A DNA stretch of 39,944 nucleotides, from contig JBDSZH010000061.1 in NCBI GenBank assembly GCA_039925225.1, positions 1 through 39,944 on the forward strand. Direction: 5' to 3'. The position numbers and the translations under genes were made by a program. The stretch is from Candidatus Limnocylindrales bacterium. GTDB taxonomy: Bacteria; Chloroflexota; Limnocylindria; Limnocylindrales; CSP1-4. Below are positions 26,955 through 35,990 of this stretch, piece after piece. Position 1 is the first letter of the stretch, and each line of letters begins with the position of its first letter. The notes under the pieces were generated by a model. That model did no database searches. It was not told where the DNA came from and worked only from the letters and a program-made list of their open reading frames with translations.

Positions 26955-27578
26955 ATGTCGCTCGACCACCACGAACAAGACGAACATGCCGATCACGAGG
27001 GCCACGATCACGCGGGCCATCAGCACGTGTCATACGCGGATGCGATCGCGAACTACCGGGCGGACAAGGACGAGTATTTCCGCGAGGAAGACGGGAGCCC
27101 GGTACCGGAGGCCGAGCGGCCGACGTTCCTCGGGATCCCCTACTTCGCGGTGGACGAGGCGCTCCGCTTCGACGGCCTGACGCTCGAGCCGTACACCGGG
27201 AGCGAGCCGGTCGCCTTCCAGATCCCGACCTCCGACGGCCAGCTGCGTGACGCGGAACGCGCGGGCGTGTTCCGGTTCCAGCTCAATGGGGTCACCCAGG
27301 CGCTCACCGCCTACACGTTCGCGAAGAGCCCCTCGGAATCGCTGTTCGTGCCGTTCCTGGACGTCACGAGTGGCACCGAGTCATACGGCGCCGGGCGCTA
27401 CCTGGACGTCTATCCCGAGCGCGATGGCTCTTACGCCCTGGACTTCAATCTCGCGTACCACCCCTCGTGCGTCTACGACCCCCATCTGTCGTGCCCGCTC
27501 ACCCCGGCCGAAAACCGCTTGCCGCTGCGCATCGAGGCGGGCGAGCGGCTCGCATCCTCCGAATCCTCGGCCCGCTAA
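26955..27578 (+). CDS. DUF1684 family protein with His-rich N-terminus
   Basis: LFVPFLD.TSG.ESYGAGRYLD and LDFNLAYHPSCVY...CP...N.L...IEAGE motifs. AGGAGG SD. Confidence 0.88.
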   Translation: MSLDHHEQDEHADHEGHDHAGHQHVSYADAIANYRADKDEYFREEDGSPVPEAERPTFLGIPYFAVDEALRFDGLTLEPYTGSEPVAFQIPTSDGQLRDAERAGVFRFQLNGVTQALTAYTFAKSPSESLFVPFLDVTSGTESYGAGRYLDVYPERDGSYALDFNLAYHPSCVYDPHLSCPLTPAENRLPLRIEAGERLASSESSAR

Positions 27579-27637
27579 CCGGCCCCTCAGCGCGTCGTGG
27601 CCCATCCGGACCGAGACGCCGGCTACGCTTCGTGGCA

Positions 27638-28438
27638 ATGGCCTCCCCCACCCTGCGCACCGTGACCGCGACCAAGTACCTCACGCCCTTTCGCGAGGGC
27701 GGCTCGCTCCCGGGCCTCGTCGAGGCCGACGACGACGGGCTGTACGTCGTCAAGTTCAAGGGCGCCGCGCAGGGTCCGCGCGCGTTGGTTGCGGAGGTAA
27801 TCGCCGGCGAGCTGGGCCGGGCGCTGGGTCTGCCCGTGCCGGAGCTCGTATTCGTCGAAATCGATCCCGCGCTGGCGGGCGTCGAGCCGGATCCGTGGGT
27901 CGGCGAGCTGCTCCAAGAGAGCCCGGGGATCAATCTCGGGCTGGACTTCCTGCCCGGGTCGATGACCTTCGATCCGCGCGCCGACGGGCGGCCCGACGGC
28001 GACCTCGCCGCGAACATCGTCTGGTTCGACGCCCTCGTCACGAACACCGATCGATCGCCCCGCAACCCCAACATCCTGTCGTGGCATCGGCGACTGTGGC
28101 TGATCGACCACGGTGCGTCGCTGTTCATCCACCACACCTGGCTGGACCCAGATGCCCATGCGCGCCGGCCGCTCGCGACCATCGCGGACCACGTACTCCT
28201 GCCGTATGCGTCTGAGATCAGCGCCGCGCACGAAAGGCTGGCCGACCTGGTGACGCTCGAGACGCTGGAGGGGATCGTGGCCCTTGTGCCCGAAGCGTGG
28301 CTCGCGCCGACCGGTCCGGCGACTACGATCGGCGGGCCCGATGCGCAGCGAGCGGCATACGTCCGCTACCTCCTGACCCGCGTTGCTGCCCGAGACGCGC
28401 TGGTCGACTCAGTGGAGGGTGTTCGACATGCCGCGTGA
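27638..28438 (+). CDS. HipA-like (HipA_2) kinase
   Basis: REGGSLP P-loop, YVVKF, NTDRSPRNPN catalytic loop, LIDHG. TACGCT lies 8 nt before the ATG. Confidence 0.88.
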   Translation: MASPTLRTVTATKYLTPFREGGSLPGLVEADDDGLYVVKFKGAAQGPRALVAEVIAGELGRALGLPVPELVFVEIDPALAGVEPDPWVGELLQESPGINLGLDFLPGSMTFDPRADGRPDGDLAANIVWFDALVTNTDRSPRNPNILSWHRRLWLIDHGASLFIHHTWLDPDAHARRPLATIADHVLLPYASEISAAHERLADLVTLETLEGIVALVPEAWLAPTGPATTIGGPDAQRAAYVRYLLTRVAARDALVDSVEGVRHAA

Positions 28439-28817
28439 CGCGTTCGAGTACGCGGTCCTCCGTGTCGCCCCGCGCGTCGAGCGTGGCGAGCTTGTCAACG
28501 TCGGCGTGGTCCTGTTCTGCCGAACGCGGCGGTTCCTCGGCGTTCGGATCGAGCTCGGCGACCGTCAGGCGGCTGCACTGCGCGCACTTGCGCCGGATGT
28601 CGATCTCGACGCGGTGCGCTCGCACCTGTCTTCCATCCACGCAATCGTTGCCGGCGAGCCGTCGGCAGGCCCGATCGCAGAGCTCGCCGAGCCCGAGCGG
28701 TTCCGCTGGGTGACCTCGCCATCGAGCACGGTCATCCAGCCTTCAGACGTCCACGGCGGCATGACCCAGAACCCCGCTGCGTCGCTCGAGGAGCTCTTCG
28801 AGAAGCTGGCGCGCTAG
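28428..28817 (+). CDS. DUF3037 domain protein
   Basis: FEYAVLRVAPRVERGELVNVGV and RFRWVTSPSSTVIQPS..HGG motifs. Overlaps the kinase stop by 11 nt. Confidence 0.9.
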   Translation: MPRDAFEYAVLRVAPRVERGELVNVGVVLFCRTRRFLGVRIELGDRQAAALRALAPDVDLDAVRSHLSSIHAIVAGEPSAGPIAELAEPERFRWVTSPSSTVIQPSDVHGGMTQNPAASLEELFEKLAR

Positions 28818-28849
28818 CAGGCCGGAGCCTGCGCGAACCCCTCGCAGGT

Positions 28850-29278
28850 TCAGGCGCCGAAGCGGCTCCGGTGCTCCACCGGGATGAGCGGCGTCTCGCC
28901 TCGGACCTTCAGCTCCTGCACGGCCCACGAGTTGCCGTCGGGGTCGCTGAAGCCGAAGAACGTGCCGCCGTCTCGCTCGTCGAAGACCATGATTTCGGTG
29001 GTTGCGACCCCGCGATCCAGGAGCTCCTGGCGAGCCGCTCGCGCATCCTGCACGACCAGCTGGAGTCCCTTGAGCGAGCCGGGCTCCATCTCGTTCTGCG
29101 AAGGCAGGTCACCGATGACGATGGAGCAACCCGAGCCGTTGGGTGTGAGCTGGACGAAGTGCATGTGCTCGTTGCGCGTGTCGTGGTCGAGGTGGAAGCC
29201 AACCTGGTCGCGGTAAAACGCGACCGCGCGATCGATGTCGCTGACGGGAACGATGACGACTTCAAGGGTCCAGTCCAT
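28850..29278 (-). CDS. VOC/glyoxalase family protein
   Basis: VPVSDIDRAVAFY, VQLTP.GS.CSI and FSDPDGNSWAVQE motifs. Confidence 0.92.
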   Translation of the reverse strand: MDWTLEVVIVPVSDIDRAVAFYRDQVGFHLDHDTRNEHMHFVQLTPNGSGCSIVIGDLPSQNEMEPGSLKGLQLVVQDARAARQELLDRGVATTEIMVFDERDGGTFFGFSDPDGNSWAVQELKVRGETPLIPVEHRSRFGA

Positions 29279-29347
29279 GGCCGGATAATCGCACGACTCC
29301 CCGCCCGCGTGCCTCGCAGGCCGGCGCGGCCGCTTCCGACGCGACGA

Positions 29348-29779
29348 CTACCGACTGACCTCGCGCCAGGCGCCGTCGTCCAGCAGCCACGTACCGCCGA
29401 GCACCGTCTGACCCACGAAACCGCCGAACAGCACCAACTGGTGGCGGATCGGATCGAACGCAGCGGCCTGCCCGTTCCGGGCGGGTGGCGCTGTGCCCTC
29501 GAGCCGCGACCATGCTTCGAGGATGTTCGATGCTCCGGAGCTTGTATCGCCGCCGTAGAGGAGGACCTGCTCGTGTGTCGGGTCCCAGGCCATCGAGGCC
29601 GACGTCCGCGGCGTGGGCCGGAGCGCCGGCGTCGCGGTGGGCAACGGTGCGGACGATGGCGCTGCCGTGCTGCCCGCGGTCACCGAACCTGTAGCGATCG
29701 GTGAGGGCGACGGGGTTGAGCCGCCGCAGGCGGCCAGGAGGAACGCGAGCGCGGTGGCACCCGCCGAGATTCGCTGCAT
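29348..29779 (-). CDS. Short lipoprotein with two Kelch-like blades (possibly truncated)
   Basis: Lipobox LLAAC; repeats PRTSASMAWDP....VLLYGG and PARNGQAAAFDP....LVLFGG. Confidence 0.55.
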   Translation of the reverse strand: MQRISAGATALAFLLAACGGSTPSPSPIATGSVTAGSTAAPSSAPLPTATPALRPTPRTSASMAWDPTHEQVLLYGGDTSSGASNILEAWSRLEGTAPPARNGQAAAFDPIRHQLVLFGGFVGQTVLGGTWLLDDGAWREVSR

Positions 29780-29863
29780 GCATCGTGGAGCCGCACCCAC
29801 TCCGTGTTGTGACACGGTCGTGCCCTCCCAGTGGTCCGCGCCTGCGGGCCGTCGGGATCCGCC

Positions 29864-30880
29864 TCAGAGCTGGCGCGCGGCAGCCCCGATTGCCTGCGAT
29901 CCCCACCATGCGAGGTCCCACTCGGCGGCCTTGCCGCTCGGATAGACGACGCCCGCTTCCGTATCGAAGCCCTTTCGCCACCCGCGCAGCAGCAGCCCCG
30001 TAAGGACGGAGAGGTCCCATTGCGCGGCCCACGCGTCGTCAGCGGGCAGGCCCGCCGCCACTCGGTACCGCTCCAGGATCGCCTCGGGTGTCGCTGGCAA
30101 GCTGGCAACGTTGCACACGAGGAACCAGCCGAGCTCCACGGCGATCGGGGCGACGAGGGTCATCTGCCAGTCGATCAGGTAGACGGATCCGTCCGCGGCC
30201 GGGCCAGCATTCCCCAGCTTGAGGTCTCCATGCAGGCCGGCATCCGGCAGCCGATCGAGGGCCGCGAAGAGCGGTGCCGGATCAGCAGTCAGCTCGTCGA
30301 TGAGGTCCCTGACCGGCGGGCGTACCTGGCGATCGAACGCATCCCAGCCGAGGCGGAAGCGTTCGCCCACCGCGAGCCCTGCGGCTTCGTACGCGGCGGC
30401 CGAAGGTCGCGTCAGCAGGAGGACGCGGCGGCGCAGGTCCGTCCACGGAAACGAGGCTGGCAGCTGGACGTGCCACGGCTGTCCATGCAAGGCCGCGAGT
30501 GCGGCGAGCACACGATCCGTCGTCGTGCTGTCGACCGGGTGCTCCCACCGGAGCAGCGTGCCGGTCAGGTCCGGCATCAGCAGGGCCACTCCGTCGCCGT
30601 CGCGGGCGACGCCGAGGTGCGGCAAGCGGACGGGCGCCGGGAGCTCGGGCGCGGCAAGCGCGAGCTGGGCCTCGCGGAGCACGGGCGCGTCGTCGGTGAC
30701 CCGGGCGATCCAGTCGAGGGCAAGGCTGTCGCGCTTGAGCACGAAACGAGCGCCGTCGCTCCCCGTGAGTCGAGTCAGGACGGCCCCGGACCAGCCGTCG
30801 TTCAGGAGCGGTTCCTCCCGGGCGTCGGCAAGGCCGCGCGCCGCCAGCAGGGTCGCGAGATCCGGCAGGTCGTCGATCAC
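29864..30880 (-). CDS. Aminoglycoside/choline kinase-like phosphotransferase (APH family)
   Basis: GWSG loop, FVLK, Brenner motif HGDLKLGN, LIDWQ. Start approximated at GTG 30880. Confidence 0.85.
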   Translation of the reverse strand: MIDDLPDLATLLAARGLADAREEPLLNDGWSGAVLTRLTGSDGARFVLKRDSLALDWIARVTDDAPVLREAQLALAAPELPAPVRLPHLGVARDGDGVALLMPDLTGTLLRWEHPVDSTTTDRVLAALAALHGQPWHVQLPASFPWTDLRRRVLLLTRPSAAAYEAAGLAVGERFRLGWDAFDRQVRPPVRDLIDELTADPAPLFAALDRLPDAGLHGDLKLGNAGPAADGSVYLIDWQMTLVAPIAVELGWFLVCNVASLPATPEAILERYRVAAGLPADDAWAAQWDLSVLTGLLLRGWRKGFDTEAGVVYPSGKAAEWDLAWWGSQAIGAAARQL

Positions 30881-30890
30881 GTGGGCCGCA

Positions 30891-31307
30891 TCAACAGGGA
30901 GCGGGGACGTCGTCGCTCCCGTCCGGCCCATCGTCCATGTACACGACATGCGAATCCGGGCAGTTCCGCGTGAGCACGACGACGAGCTGCTCGTCCAGGG
31001 AGGCGTTCGCCTCGACGTGAATCTCGCCCGCCGGGATGTACACGAAGTCGCCGGCGCCGGCGTCCATCCCGTGCTCCAGCCCAGTAGGGCCCCACGTGTA
31101 GTGCGCCCAACCCGACTGGATGTAGATGCTCGTCTCGCAGGGTCCGTGGTGGTGGATGCGCGTCTTCCCACCGGGTGCGGTGGTGACGATGGACGAGTAC
31201 AGCATCGTGGAGCCTGCGACCGGCGCGGAAACGGCAATCGAGCGGACCATATCCGTGTTCTGCCCCGTCCCGACCAGGAATTCCGAGGGGCTGATCCGCT
31301 TGGCCAT
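30891..31307 (-). CDS. Cupin domain protein
   Basis: HHHGPCETSIY motif 1 and GDFVYIPAGEIH motif 2. TATGAT lies 7 nt before the ATG. Confidence 0.9.
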   Translation of the reverse strand: MAKRISPSEFLVGTGQNTDMVRSIAVSAPVAGSTMLYSSIVTTAPGGKTRIHHHGPCETSIYIQSGWAHYTWGPTGLEHGMDAGAGDFVYIPAGEIHVEANASLDEQLVVVLTRNCPDSHVVYMDDGPDGSDDVPAPC

Positions 31308-31344
31308 CGCGCCGATCATAGCCGCGGCCGGATACGCTCCGGCG
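31308..31344. promoter_or_regulatory. Back-to-back leaderless promoters
   Basis: TATGAT (minus, 31315-31320) and TACGCT (plus, 31333-31338) lie 7 and 6 nt from divergent ATGs in a 37-bp gap with no SD. Confidence 0.65.
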
Positions 31345-32334
31345 ATGAGGTCCCTGCCCGAACTGCCGCGCGTCATCCTGCTCGATGGACCGACGCCGCT
31401 CCAGGCGATGCCACGGTTGTCGGAAGCGCTCGGCGGCCGCGCGGAGCTGTGGATCAAGCGTGAGGACCTGGGGCCACTTGCGTTCTCCGGGAACAAGCTG
31501 CGCAACCTGGAGTTCCTGCTCGGCGCGGCTGTCGCTAACGGCGCGGATACGATCGTCACCTCGGGTCGGCGCTGGTCCAACCACTGCCGCCTCACGGCCG
31601 CCGCGGGCGCCCGCCTCGGCCTGCGCGTGGAGATCGTCGTCAGCGGGCCGCGTGTCGCGCACTCGGCAAACGTGGAGCTGATTGCGCTGCTGGGCGGGAC
31701 AGTCCACCAGGCCTACACGGACGATCGCGCGGAACGGGAAACGATCGTCGAGCAGATCGCCGCCGACGCGCGGGCAGCCGGCCGAGCGGTGCACGTCATT
31801 CCGGTGGGAGGGTCGGATGCAACGGGCGCCTGGGGACAGGTCCTCGGGGCCTTGGAGGTCGCGGACCAGGCGAGCGGGCTGGGCTTCAACCCGGACGTCA
31901 TCGTGCTGCCCAGCGCCACCGGCGGGACGCAGGCCGGGCTGATCGTGGGTGCTGCAATCGTGGCGGAGCGAGAGGGCGCAGTGCCGGCGCGCGTCCTCGG
32001 TGTTGCGGTCGCCCATCCCGAGGCGCAATTGCGCCCCCACGTGGAGGCGCTCACGACGGAGCTTGCTGGCATGGCCGGCCTCACGCCGCTGCGCCACGAG
32101 GTGGAGATCCTCTCGACACAGCTCGGCACCGGCTACGGCATCCCGAGCCCCGCCTCCGAAGAGGCCGCCCGGCTCCTTGCACGCTCCGAGGGACTCCTCG
32201 TGGACCCCGTGTACACGGCCAAAGGCCTCGCCGGAGTCATCGAGATCGTCCGTGCCGGGCAGCTCGATGGGCAGCGCGCGATCTTCTGGCACGGCGGCGG
32301 GCTCCCCGCGCTGTTCGAATCGCTCCGGAGCTGA
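31345..32334 (+). CDS. PLP-dependent D-cysteine desulfhydrase / ACC-deaminase-family enzyme
   Basis: PTPL, IKRED, SGNKLR PLP-Lys, SNH, TGGT, DPVYTAK. Has Thr rather than the Glu of true ACC deaminases. Confidence 0.88.
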   Translation: MRSLPELPRVILLDGPTPLQAMPRLSEALGGRAELWIKREDLGPLAFSGNKLRNLEFLLGAAVANGADTIVTSGRRWSNHCRLTAAAGARLGLRVEIVVSGPRVAHSANVELIALLGGTVHQAYTDDRAERETIVEQIAADARAAGRAVHVIPVGGSDATGAWGQVLGALEVADQASGLGFNPDVIVLPSATGGTQAGLIVGAAIVAEREGAVPARVLGVAVAHPEAQLRPHVEALTTELAGMAGLTPLRHEVEILSTQLGTGYGIPSPASEEAARLLARSEGLLVDPVYTAKGLAGVIEIVRAGQLDGQRAIFWHGGGLPALFESLRS

Positions 32335-32342
32335 TTCGTCGG

Positions 32343-32357
32343 GCCCGAAATTCGGGC
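32343..32357 (+). terminator. Short GC hairpin after the PLP enzyme gene
   Basis: GCCCGA-aat-TCGGGC, no U-tract. Confidence 0.35.
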
Positions 32358-32381
32358 GCTATGCCGTGCTACGGTGTATCG

Positions 32382-33179
32382 ATGGACGACACTCGCACCA
32401 CGCGGACGGCCGGCGTGCTCCGCGACATCGCACGTGGCGGCCTCTCGGGCCTGATTGCCGGGGTCGTCGTGGGCGGCGTCGGCGGACGGATCGTGATGGC
32501 GATCATCGCGCAGCTCAATCCGGACGCGTTCGGGATGGTCACCGAGGCCGGCGAGGTCATCGGCCGGTTCACGGTCCCGGGCACCATCGCACTGATCGTG
32601 TTCGGTGGCATGAGCGCAGGGCTCGTCGGCGCCGTCCTGTGGGTCGTCGTCTCCCCGTGGGTGCGCGGGACCGGTGCGCGGAAGTCGCTGCTGGCGATGC
32701 CGATCGCCGTGGCGCTCGGCACCTTCATCCTCGTCGAATCGACGAATTTCGACTTCGAGATCGTTGGTCCGACGTGGCTCGTGCTCGTCCTGCTGATTGG
32801 TCTGGTGGCATTGACAGGCGCCGCCACCGCCTGGCTGGATGACCGCCTGGATCGTCTGCTTCCAAGACCCGTGCGGCCCGGGCGTGGCGTGGCGCTCTAC
32901 GGGCTGGTCGCCCTGCTCGGGACGCCGGCGCTCTTGATCACCATGCTCGCGTTCTTCGACCCCGGCTTCTCAAACGGTCCGACGCCCTTCGGCGTCGGAC
33001 CGGCACTCCTCGTGCCCGGCGTCGCGACCGCGATCTGGTGGGCACTCCGGATCCGGGACGGCCGAACCATGCCGCCGCGAGCGCTGGTCCTCGCCGGGCA
33101 GATCGGCCTGCTCGTGGCGGTCGCCTTCGGGTTCCTCCACCTGTGGACGGAGATCGGGAAGATCTACGCCGCCCAGTGA
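32382..33179 (+). CDS. Integral membrane protein (about 7 TM), unknown function
   Basis: Multiple hydrophobic helices, GVGGRIVM motif. TACGGT lies 6 nt before the ATG. Confidence 0.75.
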   Translation: MDDTRTTRTAGVLRDIARGGLSGLIAGVVVGGVGGRIVMAIIAQLNPDAFGMVTEAGEVIGRFTVPGTIALIVFGGMSAGLVGAVLWVVVSPWVRGTGARKSLLAMPIAVALGTFILVESTNFDFEIVGPTWLVLVLLIGLVALTGAATAWLDDRLDRLLPRPVRPGRGVALYGLVALLGTPALLITMLAFFDPGFSNGPTPFGVGPALLVPGVATAIWWALRIRDGRTMPPRALVLAGQIGLLVAVAFGFLHLWTEIGKIYAAQ

Positions 33180-33180
33180 G

Positions 33181-33579
33181 CTACATCTGCTCGACGAATG
33201 GCTTCCGCCAGTCGGGCGCAGGGAACGGGTTCGCGAAGTACTCGGTCATCCTGGAGACCTTGCCGTCGCGCATCTCGCCAACCCCGACGTAGCTGACCGG
33301 CACGCCGTCACCGTAGTCCACGGTGCCCTCGATGATGAAGACGTCGTCGCCGCCGAGCATCCGCTTGTAGGTGAACTTGGGGTTCGAGCCGGACATCTCG
33401 CCATAGCTCTCGCTCATCTTCATGATGGCGTCCCTGCGCAGGCGCTCGCCCGACTGCGGCCACTCCGTGACGAAGTCATCGGTGCCCCACTTCTGGGTGA
33501 GCTTGTTCATCGCGCCCATGTCGCCGGTTTGCAGCGCCTCCTCGAAATCTGCGGCCATGGCCATCTTGTCGTCGCCCAT
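33181..33579 (-). CDS. SnoaL/NTF2-like protein
   Basis: EWPQSGER and RDGKVSRMTEYFANPFPAPDWR motifs. GAAGGAG SD. Confidence 0.88.
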   Translation of the reverse strand: MGDDKMAMAADFEEALQTGDMGAMNKLTQKWGTDDFVTEWPQSGERLRRDAIMKMSESYGEMSGSNPKFTYKRMLGGDDVFIIEGTVDYGDGVPVSYVGVGEMRDGKVSRMTEYFANPFPAPDWRKPFVEQM

Positions 33580-33646
33580 TGGTCCTGACTCCTTCTGTCG
33601 TGGACGGCCAGCGTACGCCCACCCGGATCTCCGTATCATCGTGGTC

Positions 33647-33880
33647 ATGTCGACACCGTCCGAGGCGATCCCCGACGTCGCCTATTACGACACCGGCAGC
33701 GTTCGCTACCGCGGTTTGCGGCTCGATGGCGAGATGCACGGCTCCTGGGAGTTCCTGCGCAAGGACGGCAGCACCATGCGCGCCGGCGAGTTCGACCGGG
33801 GCAAGCAGGTCGGCGTCTGGCGGACGTTCGACCGTGGCGGCAAGGTGGTCAAGGAGACCGACTTCTCGACGGGGCATTGA
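33647..33880 (+). CDS. Small MORN-variant repeat (YwqK-like) protein
   Basis: YYDTGSVRYRG..DGEMHGSW...DG..MRAGEFDRGKQVGVW. TATCAT lies 7 nt before the ATG. Confidence 0.8.
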   Translation: MSTPSEAIPDVAYYDTGSVRYRGLRLDGEMHGSWEFLRKDGSTMRAGEFDRGKQVGVWRTFDRGGKVVKETDFSTGH

Positions 33881-34650
33881 ACGTGCTCGAGACGTCCTTC
33901 GATGGGCACGGATCCCTGATCAGATGGGTCGATATCCGGGGCGATCTTCCGGCCCGCGTCTTCATCCACGGACTCGGTGGGAACGGCGAGGCGATTCTCG
34001 GCGCGGTGGCGCGGCACCCATCGATCTCCGGACACCGCTCGATCCTCGTGGACCTCCCGGGCCACGGGGCCACCGATAGGCCGTCCGACTTCTCGTACTC
34101 CCTCGACGCGCATGCGGCGGCCGTCGTCGCTGTGTGCCGGGCCGCGGGTGTCGAGGGGGTCGATCTCGTCGGCCACAGCCTCGGCGCGGACATCTCGGTT
34201 GTGCTCGCCGCGCGCAATCCGGGCCTGGTGCGCCGGATGGTCATCTCCGAGGGCAACCTGGATCCGCTGCCGCCGTCGCCGTCAGGGCGCGCGAGCCAGG
34301 CGATAGCCCTGCAGCAGGAGGAGGAGTTCGTCGCCGGCGGGTATCAGCGGCTCATGGATGAGAACCCGGGCTGGGCGCCGACTCTGCGACGGTGCTCCCC
34401 GCTCGCGATCCATCGAAGCTCGGTTGGGCTGATCACGGGCACGACGCCCACGATGCGCGCCCTGCTCGTCGCCGTGGCGGTCCCGCGGACGTTCATCAAG
34501 GGCGCCCACGGCGAGCCGCTGCTTGACGAGGCGGGCCTGGAGGCCGCGGGCGTGCATGTAGTGACCATCCAGGACGCGGGTCACATGATGATGTTCGATA
34601 ACCCGCCAGCCTTCGTCGACGCCCTGGCGGTCGGCCTCGCCAGGACCTGA
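33877..34650 (+). CDS. Alpha/beta fold hydrolase
   Basis: FIHGLG, DLPGHG, nucleophile GHSLG, AGHMMM. TTG start overlaps the upstream TGA. Confidence 0.9.
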   Translation: MNVLETSFDGHGSLIRWVDIRGDLPARVFIHGLGGNGEAILGAVARHPSISGHRSILVDLPGHGATDRPSDFSYSLDAHAAAVVAVCRAAGVEGVDLVGHSLGADISVVLAARNPGLVRRMVISEGNLDPLPPSPSGRASQAIALQQEEEFVAGGYQRLMDENPGWAPTLRRCSPLAIHRSSVGLITGTTPTMRALLVAVAVPRTFIKGAHGEPLLDEAGLEAAGVHVVTIQDAGHMMMFDNPPAFVDALAVGLART

Positions 34651-34656
34651 CGAGCC

Positions 34657-35154
34657 CTAGAGCCGGGCGAGCCAGGTGCGCACGTCGTCGGCGTGGTCGT
34701 TGAGGTGGCCGGAGAAATCGCTCTCGATCTCCCCTGCGGTGTCGCGCCAGCGGAAGTAGCCCGGGCTCGTCTCGGACTCGGCGAGGAATGCGTCCGGCGA
34801 TAGCGCGGCAACGGCCGCGGCGACGCGATCGAATGAAGCCGCGTAGTCGGCAAGGAGGTCATCGGCCGACCTATCCGCGTCCTGATCCCGGAACCAGGCG
34901 TTGATCGGGTCGTCGTCCGTGAGGGTCGCCGGCCATGGGGCCGGAGGGCGTGGTGCTCCATTGCTCGCTGCGTGCAGCCGCGTGATCGTTCGATTCCGCC
35001 ACGCGAGCAGGTGGCTCACCAGGTCCTTGAATGACCACTCGCCCATCGGTCCGGGCTCGTCAAGCCGAGCTGGCGGAACGTCGGCGACGAGGGCCTGCCA
35101 CGCCGCCTCGTCGGCCTCGATCTTCGCCAGGATCACGTCCTTTGTCGATGCCAC
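34657..35154 (-). CDS. DinB/ClbS/DfsB-like four-helix-bundle protein
   Basis: GEWSFKDLVSHL and C-terminal HLNDH. AGGAGG SD before the GTG. Confidence 0.85.
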   Translation of the reverse strand: MASTKDVILAKIEADEAAWQALVADVPPARLDEPGPMGEWSFKDLVSHLLAWRNRTITRLHAASNGAPRPPAPWPATLTDDDPINAWFRDQDADRSADDLLADYAASFDRVAAAVAALSPDAFLAESETSPGYFRWRDTAGEIESDFSGHLNDHADDVRTWLARL

Positions 35155-35258
35155 CAGAGTAACCTCCTATCGCGCCGTAGGGGGTTATTGTGACACGACT
35201 GGCGCCGACCTGCGTGTCCGCGCCCACCCCCTTGCCAGGCCGCGTCCCCTGTGCAACC

Positions 35259-35930
35259 TCAGCCAGGCGTCAGGCGGTACCCGCCCGCGGCGTGGAGCGT
35301 CGTGACCGACTGGTCCCAGACCTCGACGCGGTACACGCCGGGACCGGATTCCACGACCGGCGCGCCGCTGCACAAAACGGACCACTTCCCGAACGATGCA
35401 TCAGGCGGGACATCCTCTCGATCCACTTGCGTACCGTCCCTGCGCACGATGATCACCACTGACGCGTCCGGTGCCTGCACCGTCGCCAGCTCGGCCGACC
35501 ACCAGATGTCGGTCCCCTCCTGGAACTCGACGCCGACCTGGAGCACGGCGCAGTCGTCGTCGGTATCCGTGCCGAACGTGATCGGCCCCGGCCGGGCGGA
35601 TTCGGTCGGACCGGCGGGAGTCGTGGGCGCGGGAGTCTGGTCGGCCAGCCCATCCACGAATTCGTTCAGCAGCCGGAAGCCAGTGAGCGCGAGGAACCCG
35701 AAGAAGATCAGCGTGCCGAAGGACGGAAGCCGGATGCGCGGCTTGGGCGCGGTCGCTCCGGTCGAAAGCCAGCTCTCGGAGCCCTCCCTCGCGCCGACCT
35801 GGATGTTCGCCGGCCTGGTGACCGTGCCGGAGAGCTCGTTGGGTCTCGCGGCGTCGGAGAGGACGTTCGGCTCCCCAACCCGCCCGACGGCACCACCTCG
35901 GCTCCGGCGTCGACGACGATCCTCGCTCAT
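35259..35930 (-). CDS. Hypothetical single-TM membrane protein
   Basis: Basic N-terminus, TM segment FGTLIFFGFLAL, Pro linker, Ig-like beta domain (PGVYRVEV). Start uncertain. Confidence 0.6.
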   Translation of the reverse strand: MSEDRRRRRSRGGAVGRVGEPNVLSDAARPNELSGTVTRPANIQVGAREGSESWLSTGATAPKPRIRLPSFGTLIFFGFLALTGFRLLNEFVDGLADQTPAPTTPAGPTESARPGPITFGTDTDDDCAVLQVGVEFQEGTDIWWSAELATVQAPDASVVIIVRRDGTQVDREDVPPDASFGKWSVLCSGAPVVESGPGVYRVEVWDQSVTTLHAAGGYRLTPG

Positions 35931-35990
35931 GCGCGCCGCCACCGTACGCCATTTGATCGGGGCTTGACAGGCCTGCGTCCGTGGCGTTCA

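Noticed and set aside
29864-30880. Aminoglycoside resistance gene
   Set aside because: Only generic APH/choline-kinase motifs are visible, and the context is metabolic with no mobile element.
31345-32334. acdS (true ACC deaminase) assignment
   Set aside because: Has DPVYTAK and WHGGG rather than the diagnostic DPVYEGK and HLGG residues.
33647-34650. YwqJK-like toxin-antitoxin pair
   Set aside because: The MORN-variant protein is coupled to an ordinary alpha/beta hydrolase; no toxin domain is adjacent.
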